DNA from: an uncultured Gammaproteobacteria bacterium
Lineage (GTDB): Bacteria; Patescibacteriota; Microgenomatia; Daviesbacterales; UBA10151
Assembly: GCA_964390595.1 (NCBI GenBank)
Contig: CAYMIA010000003.1
Location: forward strand, 17,727-81,726
DNA: 64,000 nt
Reading direction: 5' to 3'
Part shown: piece after piece, positions 41,116 to 50,353 of the stretch
Position numbering within the stretch: position 1 is the stretch's first letter
Layout: every line of letters begins with the position of its first letter
Translations under genes and position numbers: made by a program
Notes under the pieces: generated by a model
The model's database searches: none
What the model was told of the DNA's origin: nothing
Seen by the model: the letters and a program-made list of their open reading frames with translations, nothing else

Positions 41116-42822
41116 ATGCAACCAAATCAATCTAGCACGCCTTTAAACATCGAAGATGTTCTTCTGGAACAAGGAGTCTTAAAGCCAGATCAAGTTTCAG
41201 CGATTAAATTGGAAAGCATCAATACCGGTCAATTAGCTGAACAGATTATTACTGAGCATAACTTTGCAGCCCCTGAGCAGATTGCTCAAGGTCGGGCTCA
41301 ATTAATTGGCGTCCCTTTTGTCTCTTTGGAAGGAAAAGCGATCTCTCCTGAAGTTTTAAACTTAATCCCTGAGCCTGTTGCCAGCAGGTATAAGCTCATT
41401 GCTTTTGATAGGGACAATGAGGGGGTATCTGTTGCCATGAGTGACCCGCTAGATCTTCAAGTAGTCCAATTTATTGAAAAAAAGACCAATCTTAAAGTTA
41501 AGCGGTTTTTGGGTTTAACTGATCAGATCCAATCAGCGATTAAAAACGAGTACTCTCAAAATTTAACCACCGATGTGGTCTCCGCCCTTAAAGAGGTCAA
41601 TGCTTCTCAAAATCAATCGGCTGAAGTCCAAGATGAAGCTGAAGTTATTAGGGAGGCGCCTGTTGCCAACATCGTTAATCAACTTCTAGAATACGCCATC
41701 AAAACTAAGGCTTCTGATGTGCATATCGAGCCTGAGGAAAAGCAAACCAGGGTTCGCTACCGGATTGATGGAATCTTGCATGAAAAAATTATTTTACCCA
41801 AAAAGGTTCACGATTCAGTCGTTTCCCGGGTTAAAATCATGTCCAATTTAAAAATTGATGAAAGGCGTCTACCTCAAGACGGTCGTTTCAGTTTTCAATT
41901 CGGTAATGAAGAGATTGACCTTCGAATCTCCACTCTGCCGACTGTTTTTGGTGAAAAGGTAGTAATGCGGCTGCTGTCAAAATCCGAAAAACCTCCTACC
42001 CTACCTGAGCTGGGTCTGCGGGCTGGCGCTCTAAAAAATCTCGAACTGCAACTCCTCAGGCCCCACGGGGTGATTATAATTTGTGGACCAACTGGCTCTG
42101 GAAAGACCACCACACTTTACTCCATTCTCTCCCGTCTCTCCACCACCAAGGTTAATATTTTAACAATTGAGGATCCTGTTGAATATCAAATCGTTGGAGC
42201 CAATCAAGTTCAGGTGAACACTCAGATCGGTTTAACATTCGCTTCAGCGCTCAGATCTTTTTTGCGGCAAGATCCGAATATCATTCTGGTTGGAGAGATC
42301 CGAGATACTGAAACAACTGATCTAGCCATTCAGGCCGCCCTAACTGGCCACCAAGTTTTTTCCACACTACACACTAATTCTGCCGCAGGAGCGCTGCCCA
42401 GGTTGATCGATATGGGCGCTGAGCCATTTTTACTATCCTCTGCCATCAATGCAGTTGAAGGGCAACGAATCTTAAGAAAGGTGTGTCCCCATTGCAAATC
42501 CATCTATACTCCTCCTCCAGAAGTTCTGGAAAATTTTAAACAGATTTTAGGAAGTCTCACTCCAACTGGACCAATTCAATTTTACAAAGGCACTGGTTGC
42601 AATGAGTGTGGTCACAGTGGTTATCTAGGCCGGATTGGCATCTACGAGGTTTTAGTCGTCTCAGATAAGATTATGCAGCTGATTTTACGAAGAGCAGCCA
42701 CAGGTGAAATTGAAAAACAAGCTGTTGCGGAAGGCATGATTACCATGAAGCAAGACGGTTATCTCAAAGTAGCTGAGGGTATCACTACCATGGAAGAGGT
42801 GTTACGGGTCGCTCAAGATTAA
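41116..42822 (+). CDS. pilB: Type IV pilus assembly ATPase (GspE/PilB family)
   Basis: N-terminal GSPII_E_N-like domain. Walker A GPTGSGKTTTLYS. Tetra-Cys CPHC...CNEC. Confidence 0.85.
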   Translation: MQPNQSSTPLNIEDVLLEQGVLKPDQVSAIKLESINTGQLAEQIITEHNFAAPEQIAQGRAQLIGVPFVSLEGKAISPEVLNLIPEPVASRYKLIAFDRDNEGVSVAMSDPLDLQVVQFIEKKTNLKVKRFLGLTDQIQSAIKNEYSQNLTTDVVSALKEVNASQNQSAEVQDEAEVIREAPVANIVNQLLEYAIKTKASDVHIEPEEKQTRVRYRIDGILHEKIILPKKVHDSVVSRVKIMSNLKIDERRLPQDGRFSFQFGNEEIDLRISTLPTVFGEKVVMRLLSKSEKPPTLPELGLRAGALKNLELQLLRPHGVIIICGPTGSGKTTTLYSILSRLSTTKVNILTIEDPVEYQIVGANQVQVNTQIGLTFASALRSFLRQDPNIILVGEIRDTETTDLAIQAALTGHQVFSTLHTNSAAGALPRLIDMGAEPFLLSSAINAVEGQRILRKVCPHCKSIYTPPPEVLENFKQILGSLTPTGPIQFYKGTGCNECGHSGYLGRIGIYEVLVVSDKIMQLILRRAATGEIEKQAVAEGMITMKQDGYLKVAEGITTMEEVLRVAQD

Positions 42823-42823
42823 T

Positions 42824-43903
42824 ATGAATATCTTTCAACTACTTGATTTAGTCATCAACCGAAGCGCCTCGGATCTGCATTTAGTAGTCGGCTATCCTCC
42901 GCAACTTCGGATAAACGGCGAGCTGTTAGCAATCGAGGGATTAAATCCCTTAACCAATGAAGACGCCCAAAATTTAATTGTGCCCCTTTTGAGTGAAACC
43001 CAAAAACAGGTCTTGGATAAAGAGTGGGAGGCCGATTTAGGCTTTGACTTTGAAGGTAAAGGCCGCTTTCGGATCAATATTTATCATGAAAGAGGCCATG
43101 TAGCCGCCGCCCTAAGGCTGATCCCAATCAAGATCCGCAGCTTAGAAGAAACAGGTTTGCCGCCCCAGGTTTCCCGGGTTACCACCCTAAAGCAAGGCTT
43201 GATCTTGGTAACTGGTCCAACTGGTCACGGCAAGTCAACTACTTTAGCCTCAATGATCAACCAAATTAATCACTCCAGAGCATCTAATATCATTACCATC
43301 GAGGATCCGATTGAGTTTATTTACCCCAAAGCCAAATCCTTAATCTCTCAAAGAGAGGTCTCAGGTGATACCCGGACTTGGGGTAATGCTCTCCGGTCAG
43401 CTCTGCGGGAAGATCCAGACGTGGTTTTGGTGGGAGAAATGCGCGATCTAGAGACCATTTCAACTACACTGACTATAGCTGAGACTGGTCACTTGGTTTT
43501 TGCGACTCTTCACACCAATTCTGCATCTCAGACAATTGACCGGATTGTCGATGTGTTTCCTGAAGATCAGCAACAGCAGATCAAGATCCAACTGGCTGGA
43601 GTCATCGAAGCAATCATCTCCCAAAGACTAATCCCGACTATCTCTCCCGGACGGGCGCTAGCTTATGAACTTTTATTCAGTGTCCCAGCCTTGAAATCAC
43701 TGATTAGGGAAGGTAAATCACATCTGATCGATAATCTGATTCAAACTTCAGCAGAGACCGGCATGGTTAGTTTGGAGATGTCACTGGCGCTTCTCGTTAG
43801 AGAAGGAAAAATTACCCAAGAGGTTGCTCAAAACTATTCACTCCGCCCACAAGTGCTTTCTAAAGTCTTGGGAATCTCTCCAACACCAAACCGAGAAACC
43901 TAA
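42824..43903 (+). CDS. pilT: Type IV pilus retraction ATPase
   Basis: GPTGHGKSTTLASMI, VVLVGEMRD, AETGHLVFATLHTNSA. Confidence 0.85.
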   Translation: MNIFQLLDLVINRSASDLHLVVGYPPQLRINGELLAIEGLNPLTNEDAQNLIVPLLSETQKQVLDKEWEADLGFDFEGKGRFRINIYHERGHVAAALRLIPIKIRSLEETGLPPQVSRVTTLKQGLILVTGPTGHGKSTTLASMINQINHSRASNIITIEDPIEFIYPKAKSLISQREVSGDTRTWGNALRSALREDPDVVLVGEMRDLETISTTLTIAETGHLVFATLHTNSASQTIDRIVDVFPEDQQQQIKIQLAGVIEAIISQRLIPTISPGRALAYELLFSVPALKSLIREGKSHLIDNLIQTSAETGMVSLEMSLALLVREGKITQEVAQNYSLRPQVLSKVLGISPTPNRET

Positions 43904-43906
43904 ACT

Positions 43907-45118
43907 ATGTCAGTTTTTACATATAAAGCCAAAGATCTACAAGGAGCCGAACACAAGGGTACTATCGAAACAGTCGACAGCCACCAAGTCGCCAGAATTT
44001 TAATAAAAAAAGGACTAGTAGTTATTTCAATCAAAGAAAAAAAAGAGGGTGAAGGGGCGGGCTTTCTTAAACGTTACTTAAACAGAGTCTCATTTAGCGA
44101 CATCGTTATTATGACCCGCCAGTTGGCCACCATGGTTGAGGCCGGATTGGTCTTGTCCGAGGCACTCGATATCCTCCAGGACCAACAGCCTAATAAGACC
44201 TTCAAGGAGGTTCTGGGAGCAGTTTCCAGAGATATTAAAAGTGGACTAGATCTAGCCTCTTCCCTAAAAAAGCACCCCACAGTTTTCCCGCCACTTTATT
44301 GTAATTTGGTTAAAGCCGGCGAGCAATCTGGAAAACTTGATTCAACTCTCTCCCAGATGGCTGTTAATTTGGAGCGGGACCGGGAATTCCGTTCCAAAAT
44401 TAGATCAGCGATGATCTATCCAGTTATCGTTTTGGTCATGATGGCTGTGGTTATGGCGGTTATGATGTTTTTTGTGATTCCTAGGCTAACCTCTCTGTAT
44501 TCTCAGTCCAGCATCGATTTACCATTACCGACCAAAATTTTGATTGGTACCTCCAACTTTTTTATTCATTTTTGGTGGCTGATGTTAATTTTTGGCGTAG
44601 TTGGCTTTATTGCGTTTAAGAAATGGGTGTCTACTCCAACAGGCCGGTTTACATTTGATTCTTACCTACTTAAAACACCCGTAGTTTCGCGTGTCATTAA
44701 GGGCACCTCGCTGACTAACTTTACTCGGACATTCGGCTTACTGACAACCGCTGGCATCCCAATTTTAGATTCCATCTCAATTGTGGGAGAGGTTATCGGC
44801 AACTCAGTTTACCGGCAAGCCCTAAAAGATTGTTTTCGTGGTGTTGAGCGGGGGTTAACCTTCTCAAGTCAGCTTGAAACAACCGGAGTTTTTCCTAAAA
44901 TAATCTCTCAAATGATCAGAGTGGGCGAAGAAACCGGTAAAGTTGACGAAGTCTCTTATAAGCTGGCCGAATATTTTGAATCAGAGACTGATAGCCTGGT
45001 TAAGAACTTAACAGTTATTATCGAGCCGCTAGTTTTAATGCTGCTCGGTATCGGTGTAGCCTTCCTAGTTCTATCTATCATCCTGCCTATTTATAAGTTG
45101 ACTACTAGCTTTAGCTAG
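43907..45118 (+). CDS. pilC: Type IV pilus platform protein (GspF/PilC family)
   Basis: Two T2SSF repeats and 3 TM helices. Confidence 0.8.
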   Translation: MSVFTYKAKDLQGAEHKGTIETVDSHQVARILIKKGLVVISIKEKKEGEGAGFLKRYLNRVSFSDIVIMTRQLATMVEAGLVLSEALDILQDQQPNKTFKEVLGAVSRDIKSGLDLASSLKKHPTVFPPLYCNLVKAGEQSGKLDSTLSQMAVNLERDREFRSKIRSAMIYPVIVLVMMAVVMAVMMFFVIPRLTSLYSQSSIDLPLPTKILIGTSNFFIHFWWLMLIFGVVGFIAFKKWVSTPTGRFTFDSYLLKTPVVSRVIKGTSLTNFTRTFGLLTTAGIPILDSISIVGEVIGNSVYRQALKDCFRGVERGLTFSSQLETTGVFPKIISQMIRVGEETGKVDEVSYKLAEYFESETDSLVKNLTVIIEPLVLMLLGIGVAFLVLSIILPIYKLTTSFS

Positions 45119-45187
45119 TACACCTTTCAGCAACTTACAGCTTGCAGATAAGCTCACAACTTCTTTTTCTTAAGGCGGTTTTACCAC

Positions 45188-45218
45188 TTGACGGACCAAG
45201 AAGTTTTATGACTACAAT
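45188..45218 (+). promoter_or_regulatory. Candidate promoter for pilA (TTGACG ... TACAAT, 19-nt spacer) followed by strong RBS AAAGGAGGTGA at 45235-45245
   Basis: Hexamers read from the sequence. Spacer is longer than optimal. RBS is 10 nt before the ATG. Confidence 0.3.
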
Positions 45219-45255
45219 AGTTTAAGAAGTCTTTAAAGGAGGTGATTTAGTTAAA

Positions 45256-45810
45256 ATGAGAAAAACTGCTCAAGGTTTCACTTTAGTGGAACTTTTAATC
45301 GTTATAGCAATTATCGCTATCTTAGCAGCAGTAGTGGTCCTTATTGTCAATCCTCTTGAGTTAACTAGACGGGGTCGTGATGCCGCACGTCTTTCTGACT
45401 TTGCTAATTTACAACAGGCTATTAATATCGCTGTTCAAGAAGCAACCAACTCAACTCAATATTTACTTTGTGGTGGAGTTGCAGGTTCTTGTGCTGGTAA
45501 CTCTGTTACAGGCACTAGAAGCTCAGCTGGTACCGGATGGGCCAAAGTTAACCTAGGAACACAAACAAGTGTTTCTGTTCCAACCTTGCCTATTGATCCT
45601 ATCAATACAAATACTGGTGTAGGTAATGGTAACCACTACATTTACTGTTCAGATGGAAGTTCCTGGGAAATGGTTACAATCTTAGAGTCTGTACAACAAA
45701 ATTCTAAGATGTCAAATGATGGTGGATCTGATAATGCGAAGTATGAAGTTGGGTCTAGCCTTGCTTTGCTAGGTACTACAATGCCGGGAAGCGTAGCGTG
45801 TGCTTACTAA
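45256..45810 (+). CDS. pilA: Type IVa major pilin
   Basis: Leader MRKTAQG|FTLVELLIVIAIIAILAA with Glu+5. Strong SD. Two C-terminal Cys. Confidence 0.75.
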   Translation: MRKTAQGFTLVELLIVIAIIAILAAVVVLIVNPLELTRRGRDAARLSDFANLQQAINIAVQEATNSTQYLLCGGVAGSCAGNSVTGTRSSAGTGWAKVNLGTQTSVSVPTLPIDPINTNTGVGNGNHYIYCSDGSSWEMVTILESVQQNSKMSNDGGSDNAKYEVGSSLALLGTTMPGSVACAY

Positions 45811-45816
45811 GAGAAA

Positions 45817-46755
45817 ATGGTCTGGTTTTTAATATTAGGTTTTATAGTAGGTACAATTTTAGGAAGTTTAGTTCTCTGTATCGCGAGTAGAGCACTAACA
45901 AAGGAATCGTTTTGGGGGAGGTCGTACTGTGACTTTTGTAAAAAAAAGCTCAGCTGGTACGACCTTTTTCCTATTCTATCGTTTATTTTAAACAGAGGTA
46001 AATGCCGTTATTGCCATAAAAGACTTCCCGTCGAATACATCTTAGTTGAGATTCTCTGCGGCTTAATCATCGCTTATCTATTTTCCACATCAGGTTTGGA
46101 AAAAATTAATTTGGAAAATTTCACCCTCCAAAACTTGAGTCTCCTCCCCAGCCTATTTATTCTATCCGACCTGGCCTTTAAGACCGTCTTTATCGGAGTC
46201 TTAATCGCCACCTTCATTACCGATATAAAAACCGGTCTTATTCCCGATCGGATTACCTATCCCTCAATAGCAATTGCTTTTGTATATGGAATAATTTTGA
46301 CCATCGCTAAAATTGCCTGGGCCTATTATTCGATCGCCCAGTCTTCAATTGGCCAACTCCTTTTGCCTCCCCATTCGGATTATTTTTATAGACATGCCTA
46401 TATCATGGCTACGCCAGAGCTATTTTCCCTTTTGGCAGCGGTCATAGTAACCGTTTTTTTTGCTAGCCTAATCTTTCTTACTAAAGGACGTGGTATGGGT
46501 GGAGGCGATCTGAAATTGGGAATATTTATGGGACTGGTCTTGGGTTTCCCAAATGCTATCTTAGCCATTTTAGCCGCTTTTTTGCTTGGGTCAGTCGTCG
46601 GAGTAATTTTGCTAGCCTTGCAAAGAAAAAGTTTTGGGCAAACTATCCCATTTGGACCCTTCTTAACACTCGGAGGAATTATTGCGCTGTTTTGGGGTGA
46701 TCAAATTATCACTTGGTATGTGCACACCTTTGCTATCACAGGCTCTCTTTTCTAA
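45817..46755 (+). CDS. pilD: Prepilin peptidase (A24 family)
   Basis: CDFCKKKLSWYDL...CRYCHKRL zinc motif. Polytopic, with catalytic Asp pair. Confidence 0.8.
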   Translation: MVWFLILGFIVGTILGSLVLCIASRALTKESFWGRSYCDFCKKKLSWYDLFPILSFILNRGKCRYCHKRLPVEYILVEILCGLIIAYLFSTSGLEKINLENFTLQNLSLLPSLFILSDLAFKTVFIGVLIATFITDIKTGLIPDRITYPSIAIAFVYGIILTIAKIAWAYYSIAQSSIGQLLLPPHSDYFYRHAYIMATPELFSLLAAVIVTVFFASLIFLTKGRGMGGGDLKLGIFMGLVLGFPNAILAILAAFLLGSVVGVILLALQRKSFGQTIPFGPFLTLGGIIALFWGDQIITWYVHTFAITGSLF

Positions 46756-46758
46756 AAC

Positions 46759-47256
46759 TTGTCTTTTTTTAAGAAAGCTCGTAAAGTTAGATTAATGCCC
46801 AGAGAAAAAATTCCAAATTCCAAATTCCAAATTCCAAATGAAAGAGCTTTTACTCTGGTTGAACTGCTGGTAGCGATTGTTATTATCGGGATTGTTTTTG
46901 GAGTAGTCATCACATCCAATTCAGCAATTCAAAGAGGTGCCAGAGATGCTAAGCGCCAATCTGATTTGAGAACGATTCAAGGTGCACTTGAACAATACCA
47001 TTCTGATACCAGCTTCTATCCTGATACCTTGGCGCAGATAGCTAGCCCAACAGCCTATTTAGCTCCCATCCCTTCTGCTCCAACTCCTGGCAATAATTAT
47101 TCCTATGCTCCTCTACCAGCTACCCCAACTCAATGTACTGGTAACTGTACCAGGTATTGCCTAAACGCTCAGCTAGAAAATACACCCAATCCAGTCTATT
47201 CTGGGACATGCTCCCCACTACCAGCCCCCTACAACTTCGCAGTTACATCTCCATAA
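46759..47256 (+). CDS. Pilin-like protein (prepilin-type N-terminus NERA|FTLVELLVAIVII)
   Basis: Hydrophobic pilin helix with Glu+5. Heptanucleotide repeat in the 5' region. Confidence 0.55.
   Translation: MSFFKKARKVRLMPREKIPNSKFQIPNERAFTLVELLVAIVIIGIVFGVVITSNSAIQRGARDAKRQSDLRTIQGALEQYHSDTSFYPDTLAQIASPTAYLAPIPSAPTPGNNYSYAPLPATPTQCTGNCTRYCLNAQLENTPNPVYSGTCSPLPAPYNFAVTSP
46810..46837 (+). repeat. Heptanucleotide tandem repeat (ATTCCAA)x4 at the 5' end of a pilin-like gene
   Basis: Copies at 46810-16, 46817-23, 46824-30 and 46831-37. Not a multiple of 3. Confidence 0.85.
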
Positions 47257-47297
47257 ATTGCTTGTTCAAAGCTTAAAAATATGCTACGTTTAAGGTA

Positions 47298-47867
47298 ATG
47301 TCCGAAGCTAGTTTCACTTTAATGAGCAAAGCTCTTAAAGGAGATCGAGGTTTCACTTTAATTGAGATATTGGTTGCCATCGCCATTATTTCTATTGTCA
47401 CAGTGACCGTGGTCCCCAATTTAAGAAAGTTCAACTCTGATCAGGAGCTCTCCAATGATACCAATAAATTAATTCAAACTTTAAGGCAAGCTCAATCAAA
47501 CGCCCAATCCGGGCTTAAATGCCTTAGATCGCCCACAGCAACTGCTTCAGCTAATTGGATGGTTGGAGCGACTAATTCGGCGACCTTCTATATTCAACCC
47601 ACATGTAATGATGCTAACTTGGGCTTGGTTGCTCCAGCTATTGAAAAAACGACTTACACGCTGACAAATACCAGAATTACAGTCAATTCAACAGGTGTTG
47701 GAACCTGCTTATTGTCTCAACCGCAAGTGACATTTACTAAAAACATTGCCGCCATTACTAACGGTTGCCAATCTAACCCGCTATTTACCCTGACTCATCT
47801 AGTAACTAACAACACTAAATCGGTTTCAGTTGATCCCGGAGGAGCGATCTATGAAAAAACCAACTAA
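47298..47867 (+). CDS. Pilin-like protein (minor pilin/pseudopilin)
   Basis: ...MSKALKGDRG|FTLIEILVAIAII. The probable real start is the internal ATG at 47322. Confidence 0.6.
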   Translation: MSEASFTLMSKALKGDRGFTLIEILVAIAIISIVTVTVVPNLRKFNSDQELSNDTNKLIQTLRQAQSNAQSGLKCLRSPTATASANWMVGATNSATFYIQPTCNDANLGLVAPAIEKTTYTLTNTRITVNSTGVGTCLLSQPQVTFTKNIAAITNGCQSNPLFTLTHLVTNNTKSVSVDPGGAIYEKTN

Positions 47868-48381
47868 CGAATTAGGCCAATCACTCTTAGAAATTACCAT
47901 CACCATTGGCATCGCAGCTCTAATAATTACCGCCTTAGTCATAACCACGCTTGTCGGATTGAAAAATAGTCAATTAGCTCAAAAACAGTCTCAAGCGACC
48001 AAGTTAGCCCAGGAAGGTATCGAGCGACTCCGGGCGCTCAAAAACAACAACATTTCAATTACCGCTGGCGGCACTACTTATTATTGGTACGGCTCTCAAG
48101 GCACCACCATTTGGTCTCAAAATATTTTTTCTGGTGGTGCTTGTCAGTACTGTTATTGGAAGTTTAATTCTACCTGTCAAACTGATTTAAATAATTGTTT
48201 GGTGGCCTCAAGTGCTGCCGATAAAACTAGCTTAGAGTCAATCGGCAGTGGCTTCTTCCGCCAAATTAAGATTGAGGATGAAAATACCATCGATCAGAAA
48301 AAAATTACCAGCACAGTTAGTTGGACCGATTCAGCTGGAGCACATAAATCGCAACTTGTGACCTATTTAACGAATTATTAA
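47830..48381 (+). CDS. Pilin-like protein (probable start 47851, MKKPTNELG|QSLLEI)
   Basis: Hydrophobic N-terminal helix with Glu+5. Confidence 0.5.
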   Translation: MIPEERSMKKPTNELGQSLLEITITIGIAALIITALVITTLVGLKNSQLAQKQSQATKLAQEGIERLRALKNNNISITAGGTTYYWYGSQGTTIWSQNIFSGGACQYCYWKFNSTCQTDLNNCLVASSAADKTSLESIGSGFFRQIKIEDENTIDQKKITSTVSWTDSAGAHKSQLVTYLTNY

Positions 48382-48382
48382 T

Positions 48383-49012
48383 ATGAACCAGAAAGGCTTC
48401 ACTCTAGCTGAAGTATTAGTCGCCCTAAGTATAATTGGGGTAATTGGCGTTATTTTAGTATCTTTTTTAACTCAAACCTTTCGCGGTTCAAGCAAAACTC
48501 AGCTAATTGGAGTAATTAAGCAAAACGGTCAATCCGCTTTAAATATTATCGATCAAGCCAGCCGTTTCGCAACTGGTGTTACCTGCACCGATGATCCCAC
48601 CTTCAATAACGCCCATCTGCTCGCGGTTCACAATCAAGATGGCACTTATACCAGATTTAGGATTTGTAACAAAACAGATGCCACATGCAACGGTTCATTC
48701 CCCAATGGCTATATATCTCAAGACACTAATTCACTACCAAGTAGCTATACCGAATCGCAATTTTGCAACCCAGTTCCCAATCCAGATATCGTGTTTAACG
48801 CTACCAACTCTTCAAAGCTAACTGATACTGATCCTAAAACAGGGGTAGCAGTGACCAACGGCTACTTTAAGGTCATCAAAAATTCAGGCAACCATGATGT
48901 TGTCAATATTTATTTTCAATTAGGTCCCGCTTCAGGAACTGGGCTCGGATTCGAAAACCAGCTTGGTTCAACCAACAGTGCAACATTTCAAACATCCGTC
49001 GTGCTAAGATAA
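48383..49012 (+). CDS. Pilin-like protein (MNQKG|FTLAEVLVALSII)
   Basis: Classic prepilin cleavage motif. Confidence 0.65.
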   Translation: MNQKGFTLAEVLVALSIIGVIGVILVSFLTQTFRGSSKTQLIGVIKQNGQSALNIIDQASRFATGVTCTDDPTFNNAHLLAVHNQDGTYTRFRICNKTDATCNGSFPNGYISQDTNSLPSSYTESQFCNPVPNPDIVFNATNSSKLTDTDPKTGVAVTNGYFKVIKNSGNHDVVNIYFQLGPASGTGLGFENQLGSTNSATFQTSVVLR

Positions 49013-49022
49013 TTATAGATCG

Positions 49023-49937
49023 ATGACAAATACCAAATACCAAATACCAAATACCAAATACCAGCATGGGCAGGTTGTGATTTTATTGCTTCTTGTCATG
49101 CTAGTTGCGCTGACCATCGGGTTAACTATCACCCAGCGCTCGCTTTCTGATGTCTCGATCTCTAGCAAAACTGAACAATCTTCCCGGGCCTTCTCAGCAG
49201 CTGAGGCTGGTATTGAAAAGGCGTTACTAAATCAAACAGCGACAAACTCCGCTGATATTGGTAACCAATCTGGCTACACAGTCACAGTCGCCAGTAATCT
49301 ACCGAGCACTGGCCAGGCCCTAGAATACCCCAAACTGAGCAAAGACAGTATCGAGCAATACTGGTTAATTGATCCAAATATGGCCCTTTCCGCACTTAAC
49401 CTACCGGCCACTACTAATCCAAGTGGTTATGACGGCGGAACCATTGATATCTACTATGAGGATCCAGCTACACCTGTGGGCGACCTAGTGGCTTTGGAAG
49501 TGAATTTAATTACTAAGGACAACACCGGTCTATACAAAAAATACCAGTATCTCTATGACGAAGATGGCGGCCGTCGAACCAACAATAACTTCATTGCACC
49601 TACAGCGTGTAGCACGTTTACAATTAATACACTCTATTCCCCTACAATCAGCACATTAGACAGAACCTTTAAGTGTAAAATTACTGGCTTCAATATTAAA
49701 CCGAGCTCTGAGACATCAATTGCTTTAAGAATTAGGCTGCTCTACTCCTCAACTTCCCAACCTGTCGCAGTGGCTCCAGCTGCCACCAAATCGCTTCCTC
49801 CTCAAGTTTCGCTGTTTACCTCAGTTGGAACCGCTGGCCAAACTCAAAAAACCGTTCAAGTGTTTAAACATGTCAAAGACGTCCCTTTCTTCTTTGACTA
49901 TGCGATCTACTCAGTTTCTCAAATTAATAAGCTCTAA
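49023..49937 (+). CDS. Pilin-like protein lacking Glu+5 (PilX/GspK-like candidate)
   Basis: ...KYQHG|QVVILLLLVMLVAL. Heptanucleotide repeat immediately after the ATG. Confidence 0.5.
   Translation: MTNTKYQIPNTKYQHGQVVILLLLVMLVALTIGLTITQRSLSDVSISSKTEQSSRAFSAAEAGIEKALLNQTATNSADIGNQSGYTVTVASNLPSTGQALEYPKLSKDSIEQYWLIDPNMALSALNLPATTNPSGYDGGTIDIYYEDPATPVGDLVALEVNLITKDNTGLYKKYQYLYDEDGGRRTNNNFIAPTACSTFTINTLYSPTISTLDRTFKCKITGFNIKPSSETSIALRIRLLYSSTSQPVAVAPAATKSLPPQVSLFTSVGTAGQTQKTVQVFKHVKDVPFFFDYAIYSVSQINKL
49027..49054 (+). repeat. Heptanucleotide tandem repeat (CAAATAC)x4 at the 5' end of a pilin-like gene
   Basis: Copies at 49027-33, 49034-40, 49041-47 and 49048-54. Confidence 0.85.
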
Positions 49938-49939
49938 AA

Positions 49940-50353
49940 ATGGATAAAAGAATTTTTTTGAATCAGAGAGGACTTTCCCTGGCCGAGGTCCTACTGGTTA
50001 TTCTGCTAATCGGTTTTATCGTTCCAGTTATTTACAACATACCTAATTCAATCCGGCTAGTTGGTAGTAGCAATAAAACTTCTTTGGCCAAAGAGATCGC
50101 TTCCAAAGCGGTCGAAGACGCCCGGATTTTAACCTATGACAATTTAGCCCTCGGGCAATCAACTATTAATGATCCCCGCATCTCCAAGCTTCCTTCAGGA
50201 GCCGGATCTCTAAATGTGACCACCTGCTCTGCCCCAGTTTGCACCAACAATGAAGAAACCAAAAATATCTCTGTGACTATAAATTGGGATGAAAACGGAG
50301 CACCCAAGTCTTTTAAGTTAACCACACTAGTTTCATCTGGAGGTTTAAGATGA
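49940..50353 (+). CDS. Pilin-like protein (NQRG|LSLAEVLLVILLIG)
   Basis: Prepilin motif with Glu+5. Confidence 0.6.
   Translation: MDKRIFLNQRGLSLAEVLLVILLIGFIVPVIYNIPNSIRLVGSSNKTSLAKEIASKAVEDARILTYDNLALGQSTINDPRISKLPSGAGSLNVTTCSAPVCTNNEETKNISVTINWDENGAPKSFKLTTLVSSGGLR

Noticed and set aside
45119-45187. AGCTTGCAGATAAGCT inverted repeat after pilC as a terminator
   Set aside because: 5-bp stem and no U-tract. It more likely lies in the pilA promoter region.
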